Shown one piece after another: positions 29,516 to 39,431 of a stretch of 64,000 bases of DNA. Below the pieces are notes generated by a model that did no database searches, had not been told where the DNA came from, and saw only the letters and a list, made by a program, of their open reading frames with translations. The position numbers and the translations under genes are program-made. The DNA lies in NCBI GenBank assembly GCA_000320545.1, contig ADNK01001335.1, forward strand, positions 1 to 64,000. The letters are read 5' to 3'. Source of the DNA: Bigelowiella natans CCMP2755 (Eukaryota; Protista; Cercozoa). Position 1 is the first letter of the stretch, and each line of letters begins with the position of its first letter.

Positions 29516-30567
29516 CCGTAGGTGACGATGGGGCGGAGAAAGGTGAAATTTCGTTATTGAATTCTGGTTGACGACATGCAATATTCGTTGTCTCCCAGTG
29601 AAAACTTAATCCAAATTTATTTTACGAGGTACTAATCCATAGCACGATGACGACTTCAGATTATCGAAGTTTCTTATAGATTTATCGAACCCAGCGGATA
29701 ATTCCCAGAAATAGGTGTGGGGGTACGTGGCAAGTAGGTAAACCGCCTTCCGCTTACTTCCGAGGCAAGTTTTTGACGTAGAATTAGGTAAAACAACCAA
29801 AAAAACACCTTATTTGCTGGCAGAGCTTTGATTTAAATGCGAATTTGGGGAATACGTTAATAAAATTGTTGTCGGAAATGTACGATGTGTCTATTTTCTT
29901 GTGATAATGTATTTTTGATCCCAGGCTTGATTTTGGAAGAGAGACATAAAAATATTATTGACGCAAGAAAATATTTATTGAGTCATAAAATCGTTTGTCA
30001 CTTGAACATTCCTCCCCCTTACTTTGGATGTGAAACACGGGTTGGGAGTTTTGGCGCTTATAACAACTTGAATCATTATTCTCGGTAAAACGTACCGAAT
30101 AGTAAATCATAACTTCGTGCTTTGGAACAAAGGTCAGGTCAACAAATAACTGAATGGTGTCGTTTCGCAGTCAGAAGTTCACATTTTTTTTAACTTGCAT
30201 CATGTGTCCAAAACCATAGTTTTCTCTTGCTGATGGCATTAAAAAAATCTCTTTAGAAATGTAAAAGGAAAACATAGTGAAAGTAAAACTTTGTAGGATG
30301 AGGAAATGTAATTATTTATTATCCAGTCTCAACGAGAAGGCTTTGTCTTGCAGCTACTCAGCATCGACAAATACACTCCTAGTCTAAGGAGGTCTTCGTA
30401 ATCGTGCCTCTGATCCCGAGGAGTGCAACAGGTGCTTTTAAGAAGATCTGTGTGTGCAAATAATCTTAGCTTGCAATTTTAATTAGGAAATCTAAGAGGA
30501 GGTTGCACAAGATTTTTGGCAAGATTAGCGACCGTTTGCCTAATTCCTTAAATAGAGGCATAAGGGA

Positions 30568-31250
30568 ATGACAGGAGGCATGATATCGCAATACGTTTCC
30601 ACGCCGTCTCTAATTATTTACAAGGACCAGCGGTACCTCATTATGGACGCTCCCACAGATGCTAACTTAGACGAGTACCTAAAGGTAATAAATATAATTA
30701 TCTAGATGCTGAGTAGCGTAGTGGGTTTGAAGGATTACTAGAGAGGACAAGGGTAAATCTATGAGAAACACTGAAAATATTGATTTTAACCATTGAAGGA
30801 GTTGAAAAACGAGAACGTAACGGTTCTCGTTCGAACCTGCGAGCCTTCATACTCGGTGGAAAAGCTTACACGGGCAGGAATCACAGTCAAAGTAATTATA
30901 TGATTGATGCATATAGTTTTGCTCTAAGAATCAATTTAATAACTTAGGAATTGCCCTTTTCTGATGGGGCGCCACCGCCCACTGAAGTTGTGAACAAATG
31001 GCTTGGGATTGTAAAGGACGTTTTTGAGAAAAAAGGCGAGAAAGCAACCATTGCCATCCATTGCGTTGCTGGGCTCGGAAGAGCACCTGTTTGCGTTGCA
31101 ATAGGACTGATTGAAAGAGGAATGGATCCTGAACTTGCTATCCAAGAGATTCGTAACAAACGTAGAGGCGCAATCAATCGGCGCCAAGCAAAGTTCCTAT
31201 TCGATTATAAGCCCAAAAATCTGGCTCAAGGCTGCTGTGCTGTCATGTAG
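30568..31250 (+). CDS. PTP4A: PRL/PTP4A prenylated protein tyrosine phosphatase (3 exons)
   Basis: YLIMDAPTDANL, VLVRTCEPSY, PFSDGAPPP, catalytic HCVAGLGRAP, IRNKRRGAIN and C-terminal CaaX motif CCAVM*. Confidence 0.95.
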
Positions 31251-31815
31251 TGTGAAGTAATCAGAAGGTAGCAAGTTGCACATAGGGTTCACCAAGAGGA
31301 GTATGTCATCAGAAGAGTATTCTCCAATAAGGAGAAAATATACTGTTGTGGGAGTCGCTGATTTTTGCAGGTGATCTTCTAGGCCTTGGGCATGGGGCAT
31401 TGACGACTTTTTGATTATTTATATATTCATTCAATTTTGGTCTAATTAATGTTGCGGCAACCGATGATTATAATCAAATGCATCACCACCGTTCTTGGCT
31501 GACGCAGCGTTTATTACATGCGCATAGCGACCCCTAGGACCGCACAATATATATGTATATATATACATATATACAGGGGGGTTCCACAATTTGGTGCGGA
31601 TTCTGACTTTTTTCTGAGAAATTTTGTGCAGTCTCAGGCGGTGGCGCTTGCGCCGCGCGAGCAACGTGACAAGCAACATGGAGCCCCATGAGGCTGCACA
31701 GCGCGTAGTTGGGATGCACACTTTGTTCAATTCTGTGTCAGGTGTTGGTGACACACATCTTCTAGATTTGTTTGCCCACATCTGTTCACATCCGCACACT
31801 TTGCCCACAATCGTG

Positions 31816-33770
31816 TCATTCGTAATCGGTGCTGCTGCTGTCACTGCTAGCAAGCTCATCGCCAACCTCACGCACTGCTGCGTCAATCGCGTGGTCTCTT
31901 TCCGACAATTTCATGAGCTTGTTCTTCATCGTCATTGCCATGATCTTGTGAAGTTTTTTCCGCTTGCGAGCCTTTCGTTTCATCTTGCGGTGCACCTGTT
32001 TGCGCAACTGCTGCCTGGTCTGTGGATGCCCTCCGCTGCAACAGCACCTGATGCAGCGACCGCATCCGATGCAGCGCTTGCAGTTCTTGTGACAGCTCAG
32101 ACCACACGTCCCTGTGTGGCAGACCTGCTGCGGCGGCGGGGCATCTGTGCTGTCGTCCGATCCACACTCAAAGCCATCAACATCGTGTGCAGCGCTTTTG
32201 CCGCCTCGACGGGCATTTTTCTCACCGCGAGCATTGGGCCCCGCCTTGCTGACCTGTGTTGCCTTCGATGTGCCCAGCTTGGGCGCTGGGACGCTCTGCT
32301 CAGTCGCGTTTTCTGCAGATTGCGTCGATTGTGCCTCCATGGCTGCCACTCGCGCCAGCAGTTGCTTCACCATGCGCCCACTTTCAGCACAACGCTCGTT
32401 CGCTGCTGCCAGCTTCCTCTCGCACTCCGCCTTGATGCGCGCGGCGCTTTCGTGCTCATCATCCTCACTCTCAGTGATGTCGCATGCCGATTCCGACTTT
32501 CGGCTCGCCGCAGCTGCTGATGCCCCGCCACGCCGTGCAGCCCTTCCTTTTTTTGACCTCCTTGTGTTGCGTCCTCCGCCATTCCTCCTCTTCTTGTTCT
32601 TCTTCTCTGACGGCTGGTGGACCACCAAAATTGGATCATTCTCGCTGTCGCCCTCGCTAGGCACGCTTTCCACCTTCTTTGTCGCGTCCTGACTGGTGGC
32701 TGCTGCGTCCGGCTTGCGCAGCTCGTCCACCCAATTTCTCAGGGCGTCGTCCACAACACTCAGGCAGCTGCCAGACACAAATGCGGGGGGCTGGTTGCTG
32801 TGACCTTCGAAACTGGCGCCAGTTTCCTGAGACTCCCATCCAGAGACAGCATGGCAACTTGCAGGTGGGCACTGGACCTGAACGTCTTTTTTCGATCCAT
32901 GAGAATTGATCCCATCACCCACTTGTTTCTGATGTCGCCCTCCTTCGCCATCATTGCCTTGGTCGGCTTCTCAAAGGTTGCGAGTTGGCATCTTGACACA
33001 GAGACAGCGTTCTCTGCGTGTGCCACGCCGGCAAACAGAACGCACTTCCCCACTGACCACCCGCCATTGCCATCGTGCAACCGAATCGTGCGGCTTCTTC
33101 TGGCACACGAATTGCAGTGTGCCAGCACTTTGCCTTCGTGGTCACGCAGAGAGTCTGGAAGATTGTGGCTCCGCCTCCTTGCTGCGCAGACACGGTGATG
33201 AATGATGATGAACAATGAACAATGAACAATGAACAAAACATGGTCACACACATCACGTGTGTGCACATGTGCACACGTGTGCACACGTGCATGTGCGCAT
33301 TGCACACCTTGACTTCCCACAGCCGGCGCCGACTCATCATTGCTGATCTTCTCATGCCCCTCGAGCCACATTTCAGCGCCTTCGATGTTTCCGATTGAGC
33401 AGTCGATGAGCGATTCGTCCAGTTGAAGCTCCTTCGTCACCTCGACAGGTGCTTTTTTCATCTCATCATCCGGAAACAGCCAGCGAATTGCCTCAGGTTG
33501 CCTGCCATTTCCATCGTCTTCAATGAACTGCTGCATCGAAACATTGCCCCACTTGAGCCCAAGTCCTGCCTGGGTGAGGCTTTTCGTCGCCACTGTTGCC
33601 TCGAATGGATTCTCTCGGACCGGCTCTCCCAAAAACTCAGACCCGAAGGCCGTGAGTTCATTCGAAATGCGCAATCCAGCCCCGATGATGCGCCCGGTGT
33701 CCTCTTTCAGCAGCACAGGGATGAAGTTGTCGCCCACAATCTCATCATCAAAACAGATTCCCGCGGACAT
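31816..33770 (-). pseudogene. Second, divergently oriented intron-containing gene of the element; unknown product, hypermutated
   Basis: ATG 33770 (MSAGICFDDEIVGDNFIPVLLKED...), a probable intron at ~33190-33308 holding a scrambled alternating purine/pyrimidine tract, and a downstream charged/basic region (ORF 31816-32922). Tyr is essentially absent. Confidence 0.55.
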
Positions 33771-33880
33771 TGGCCACGATTTTTCCCGCGCTTTTCGCGG
33801 CTGAAGCCGGCTTTTGTCTGCCCAAGCAACAAGTGCAACAACTTCTGCTCAATGTTGCCAAATGCACTTTGTGGTTTTGG

Positions 33881-34032
33881 ACACAATCCATCAACAGTGA
33901 AGTCGCAGGAAAATGATCGCAGTCAGAACAGTCTTGCGACCCTGCGAACACAGTTTCCACATGCAATCCATCCACAGCAGAGTCGCAGGATGACAATCGC
34001 AGTCAGAACAGTCTTGCGACCCTGCGAACACA
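33881..34032. repeat. 80-bp-period tandem direct repeat (2 copies) between the element's divergent genes
   Basis: 33881-33952 vs 33961-34032, with an identical core ATCGCAGTCAGAACAGTCTTGCGACCCTGCGAACACA. Confidence 0.9.
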
Positions 34033-34128
34033 CTCACAAACACCTGTTCGACCCCTTTCGTCTGCCACGGAGTGTCCACCCTGTGCCGCAAATTGAGGGA
34101 CCAACACGAGGTGCCCAAAAAATCAAGG

Positions 34129-34161
34129 GGGGGAACCCCCCTCTTGGAGGGGGGTTCCCCC
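34129..34161. repeat. GC-rich perfect hairpin (15-bp arms, 3-nt loop), with a related copy at ~34319-34344
   Basis: GGGGGAACCCCCCTC-TTG-GAGGGGGGTTCCCCC. The arm shares AGGGGGGTTCC with the left terminus (31575-31585). Confidence 0.85.
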
Positions 34162-34467
34162 AAGCCTTGAACCCAAATGCTGATCTGCTCGCATTGGTGA
34201 TTTGGGTCAAATCTCGCTTCCCAACCCCGCTCGAGTGGTGCAGGACAATCACCATCAGCTGTGCGAGTGGCCACCTTGCTCCACAAAGGGAGTGCGACGG
34301 AGTTGCAAAAAAAGTTGAGGGGGGAACCCCCCTCCAAGAGGGGGAAACGCGCCCATTGGTGATTCACCAATCTCGCTTCCCAACCAAACCCGCTCGACAA
34401 GGGGCGTGGGCTCTCTGACACTGACGCGAATTCCAAGCCTCCGTTCAGGCTGATCTGACTCGAACAC

Positions 34468-37251
34468 GTGCACAGGATGAGCGCATCGTGCTGGTGGGGC
34501 GCGGAGATTCCACGGCGCGGTCGTGATGTCGATGATCGACCTGCTCCAGGGAGCTGGTGGGGAGGCGTGAAGCATCTAGCTGATGCCAGGAAAAAGGATC
34601 CTCTCCCAAGCGACGTTGAAGTGCTCGAGGCGGTGTCAGAGCCTGTGGGCAGCTGGTGGGGAATGGGGGGGGGTGGTGATGGCACGGCCAGTGGCAATGC
34701 ATCCTTGGTCAGCACACGTGTGCATGCGCATGGACTCGCAATGCAGCATGTGCAATCATGTGTGTGCATGCATGTGCACACACGTGCAGGTGCGTGTTCA
34801 TCATCTTCAACGCCGCTCGTCGAGACGCCAGCTGACGACGACAGCAAATGGCAGTGCGACAGGTGCGGGCCAGAGTTTGTGACAAGGAGCGGGTTCACGC
34901 GTCATCCTCGGAATGGCCCTTTGTGCACCGAGCGGAGGACTGGAAAAAAAGCACATGAACGAACCAGAACTCGCCTCAATGGGCAACAGACACTCAAAGT
35001 GGCGCGCGTGTTCGTGCAGAGAGTGTCTGAAGGCTTGACCCAGCACGAAGCTGCCCTTGCGGTGGGGCATCGATCATCACAGTGCACAAAGTGGATGCAA
35101 CAGCACGGATTGGGTTGGCGGCCGAGCGAGAACACGTGTCTCCAGCCGCTCTGGAAGCGGCTGGGCCGCACTCATCGAACACCTGCGACAAAAACAAAAA
35201 ACCTTCGTGGCGGCGCTGGGCGGCCATTGGGAGAGCCCCTGTCCTCCCACGGAGCCGTCCTCCTCTCCGCAGACAGTGAGGTGAAGGCCTGGCCCTCAAA
35301 ATGCAGCACACGACTGGTGCTCGACCAGTTCGAGCACACTCTTGCGACTCAATGCGGCTTCCTTTGGCACGGCGCAACCCACGAACAAAAGATTGCCAAG
35401 GTGAGGCGACATGTGTGTGGCCCAGAGAATCCGTCCAGCTCGATCGAAGGAAAAGTTGTGTCAAACGAGATGCAGCGCTTGCCACGCGTTGCAACTGCCG
35501 CACATCTTCAACAAGAGGCGGTGAAACGTGCAGCGAGAGAAGCTGGCACAACATCCTGGCGGGATGGACTGGATGGAGTGGCCGCAGTGGATGAGTGCGT
35601 GATTGATCAATCGGGCTCTGTGAGGAGAGAGAATTCCGCTTGCACGCGGGGGAAATTCGTGTTCTGGACTTGCATGACAGGCGGCTCGGGAGGACAAACC
35701 GTTTTCGTGATCTTGGTGCCAACGCAAAACAAACGCTTGCAATGGACACACGAGCAGATTCACGAGGGAGCAATGCTCCACTGCACCGATTGCAGATTCG
35801 TGAACACCAAGATTCACAGTCGATTCATGCTGCACTTTTGCCCAGTCACAGAGCGGAAGGAAATTTTGCTGCATGACAAGGCGTCGTGTCATTCGTCGAA
35901 GCTGATTGAGTTGATGACAAGATCAACTGGACGCGCACCGGTGTGCCCTGACATTGGAGGTGCAACAGCCTGCGCTGCGCCACCAGATGGACCCAAAGCA
36001 CATGGAGCTTTGAAGAAAAAATCGACATCTCATTTTTGCAATTTTTTTGCGAAACTCTTCCGCGAGGCGAAAGCCAGGGGTGAGGAGCATTCGCAACTTC
36101 CAACCATGACCGCGCAGAACTTGGCGGACTTCCTGAGCTCAATGATCAACAGAGAATGCACTCCGAGAGTGACGAGAGACGCAACATTGTCATGCATGCC
36201 GATCACAAACCACCGCGTTGACTGTGACACTCGCCACAAAAATTTGCGTGAGCTTGTGGATGTCACACACAGGGAAGCGGTGGAGAACAAGACTGCGCTC
36301 GAAATCAAGGTGAAAAGGCACACGTGCAGCAGATGTGGACAACAGCACTGCTCTCCGGCCAGCATTGCCGCCAGGCAGCACGAGAATGAGGCATTGGGTG
36401 AGTGCCACATGCTTTTGAAGAGAATGCCTGTCCCGTCTTCTCGGTTGGGAGTGACAATGGTCCCGCCATTCAAGGTTGTGTGGTGGGAGAAAACCGACGA
36501 CGAGAGGAATGGCGAGCTGGCACGCAGATCAGCAGTGCATCAGAGAGAGCTGAAAACAAGGCCGGGTCATTGGCGCGTGAAGCACGAGGGCGAGGCAAAG
36601 TTCCACACACGCAAATGGACGTGCAAATTGAGGCCACCAATCACGTTTGAAATCATCTCCGAGGATGACAACAGCAGCAGCGCACACAGTGACGACTCCT
36701 CAGACGCACCACCAGCTCCACCGCGACCTGCAGCAGAGCTCGAAGCCGGCAGCAGCAGCGATGGCGACAGCAGCGACGAGCCACTGGTGGCTAGAGGCAG
36801 GGGCAGGCTAGCAGCAGGAAGACGCATCGCAATTTCCAGCAGTGACGACGAAGAGGGATCGGAAAGTGAGAGCAGTGCCCCTCCCGAGTGCACTGAAGAT
36901 GAGCTAGACTGGGATTGGCCTTCCCCTGACAAGCTTCCAGACGGCGAGTTCTTGACCATTGAGGACGCTCGCGGCGCATCCACTTGGGTGTTGTGCGCTG
37001 CGAAGGAAGATGAAACGTGCGCTTGCGTGGCTGCGAAAGGCCGAAGAGTGCCAAACAATCCAAACGTGTCGAAGGAAACCGTGCTGAAATTGAGCGTGGA
37101 CGTGAACCCTGCGTGCGCTAGAGCCACTTTGAGATCCAGGTTTGCTCGCAGCACGATGCTGGTCATCGTGTTCAGCAGAGCATGCTGGAGCAGCAAACTG
37201 ACCAATCACCCTTGGATTGTGTGCACGTGCAAGAGCCCTGCATGCATGTGA
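34468..37251 (+). pseudogene. pogo/DDE_1-like transposase with C2H2-like zinc fingers, hypermutated (0 Tyr in 927 aa)
   Basis: VAAVDE (~35590), ILLHDKASCHSS (~35875; cf. LLxDNxxxH) and GATACAAPPDG...ALKKK (~35986; cf. TxxLQPLD...LK), with D2-D3 spacing of 36 aa. Finger-like WQCDRCGPEFVTRSGFTRH and HTCSRCGQQH. Probable intron at ~34708-34789. Confidence 0.7.
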
Positions 37252-37718
37252 CATGCATGGACTCTGCACGCAACACATGCATGCACACTCAGGCTCTTGG
37301 CGTGCGGAACCAATGGATGAAATGATTTGCAAAACCCATCACTCATGCACAGATGACTTCAGGTGTTGGGTTGGTGTGATTCGAATTGCGGGTTCATGAG
37401 AAGCATTGAATGATGCATCCTTGTGTGCATGAGATGATGTGTGCATTCTCAAAATTCATGTTGTGCATGCAAAAAACAAGAAGAATGCATGCCCGATCTA
37501 GAAAGAAAACATGCAAATGCAAAAAAAGCCAATTGTGTGTCATGCACTGTCTGTCCATGTGAGTGCGTGCATCTCAGACATTGCGGACAATGCACATGCT
37601 TTGCGATGCTTAGGAGCATGTGAGTGCACTTTGTTCAATGTTTGCTTTGGCGGTACACGTGTGGAAAACGCACATGTCAAATTGGTGGGTACGTCTGCAG
37701 AAATTGCTTCCACATCGC

Positions 37719-37769
37719 AAATTTTTCTGAAAAATTTTTGCACATCGCAAAAATTTTTCAGAAAAATTT
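37719..37769. repeat. Perfect 23-bp inverted repeat (5-nt loop) near the right end of the element
   Basis: AAATTTTTCTGAAAAATTTTTGC-ACATC-GCAAAAATTTTTCAGAAAAATTT. Confidence 0.9.
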
Positions 37770-37889
37770 TCCGCGTCTGCACTGTTCTGTAGATCACACA
37801 TCGTATACATATCTACACACAGAATCAGGCTTCATAGCGCAGGGCGCACATTGCAATTATGCAGCGTATGGCTGTCATTAGAAATCGTG

Positions 37890-39075
37890 CAGCCAACAGC
37901 TAGTAAGCCTAGAAGCTAGCTAACAGCGGTTGAAGAGATTCAGAGCTCTCTGTAGCTCAGAGAGCACTGCTAGACTGTTGACTCTCTATCGTAGCATCGC
38001 TAGATCGTACGGCACATTTATTTGATACGTTGCGTTTCAACACAATTTCCATGCTAGCACATCTGACACAATGAGTGCTGTAGTCGCGGCTTTGCACAAC
38101 CATGTTAGGACTAGCTAGCTAGTTAGCTAGAGGATGACAATTGAACAACTTTCAACTCACATCTGCTCAATTCATTAGTGTTCATTGCATCCTTCTCATT
38201 GTTCCCATCTAGCCATCTAGCTATAGCTAGCTAGCTAGCTAGCTAGCCATGCTAGCTGCATAGCATGCTAGCATGTATGCTAGATCTGGAGAGCGTAGCT
38301 AGGTAGCCATACAAAATTGCACTGCATTTCATGGCTAGGCGGCTAGCTAGCTCCGTCACAGAGCTCTAGAGCTAGCAGGCCTGCTAGCTTGCTCACACTG
38401 GCTAGCTAGGCCTGCAGACGACATGTACGAAGACTCATATCTTTAGATCTGCATGTATGTACATCTGCCCCACGCGCACAGCAGGCACAGCAGCAAGCTA
38501 CTGCAGCTGTGCGAGTGTCTAGACATGCTAGCACACAGTAGATGTACGTAGATGTGCTAAGATGCGCGTGCACACCTGCTACTAGACTACTACTAGACCT
38601 AGCTAGCTAGCCTACATGCTAGCATGCTAGTAGCGTGCTGCTAGCTAGCATCGAAACCGAAACTCGCTCTACGAGTACATCGTAGCTCTAGCTAGCTAGC
38701 TAGAGCTAGCCAGAGCTACTAGCTAACAGCTCTAGAGCTAGACAGACGTACAGCTAGCTAGCTAGATGCAGAGCTAGAGACTGATTGCTAGCTAGCTAGA
38801 CGACTGCACATATTCTAGCAATGGCTAGCAATGCTGGAATGCATGCAGCACAACAGCACACATCTAGCTAGCTAGACATGCTGTGGACATCGCTAGTCAT
38901 AGCAAGCTAGATCGCCTGGTCGATCTGTTACAATGTGGAAATGTGGACTACGATACATGCTAGCATGCAGACCTAGCTAGCTAGAGACATCTAGACGTAC
39001 TGGCGCGTGTGCATTGCGACTAGCTAGCTAGCTAGCTAGAGCATTCTACGTTACTAGATCTAGCTAGCTAGAGCT
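37890..39075. repeat. CTAG-saturated non-coding tract with (CTAG)2-5 arrays
   Basis: About 75 CTAG counted by eye in ~1.2 kb. No ORF >=60 aa in any frame. Confidence 0.9.
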
Positions 39076-39431
39076 GCATTGGACAACTGAAGCTAAGATG
39101 ATTTACGTAACACTTCGTTTATGACCAGTATCGATGAAGTAGGTTTGAACTGTATGTGGCATGCCACTGGCACATACACCATAAGACTTCTTGGCGCGCA
39201 GCGTCGCGTCACTGTCAGGTGGCGACCAAGCATGCATGACTAATGCGAAGTTCGTAAGAAACACACGTCCCAAGCAAGACGAGTTCACAAGTTCTTACTT
39301 TCTAAATCACAATTGTCAATTTAATTTCAGGGAAATAAAGAGTGATCTTTAGTGTACAATTCAAGTGGTAACTGAATAAATAAGTCTGACGAATGAGTGA
39401 AACTAAATATCGGCGATAATTGTTGTACATC

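Larger units (their letters stand above)
31574..37789. mobile_element. Degenerate Tc1/mariner-superfamily (pogo/DDE_1-like) DNA transposon carrying two divergent genes; TpA-depleted
   Basis: Flanked by TA at 31572-31573 and 37790-37791. Both ends read TA-CAG inward. A subterminal TTTTTCTGARAAATTTT motif occurs at both ends. It contains a DDD transposase core and shows an abrupt loss of TpA inside these limits. Long TIRs are not evident, so the ends are tentative. Confidence 0.7.

Noticed and set aside
32020-32125. Cys/His-rich motif CHTGTCGLSCHKNCKRCIGCGRCIRCCC resembling a ferredoxin or zinc finger
   Set aside because: Most likely a Tyr-rich segment converted to Cys/His by TA->TG/CA.
31624-37400. 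Many long overlapping ORFs in all six frames, suggesting overlapping genes or a recoded virus
   Set aside because: Loss of TpA removes TAA and TAG, leaving almost only TGA stops, so long ORFs appear passively.
31574-37789. CpG-methylation decay or classical RIP as the cause of the TG/CA excess
   Set aside because: CpG is abundant and TpA is absent. Those C->T processes predict the reverse.
31574-37789. Alternative genetic code or simple codon bias
   Set aside because: TA is missing in all codon positions, introns and non-coding parts, and in an unrelated second island.
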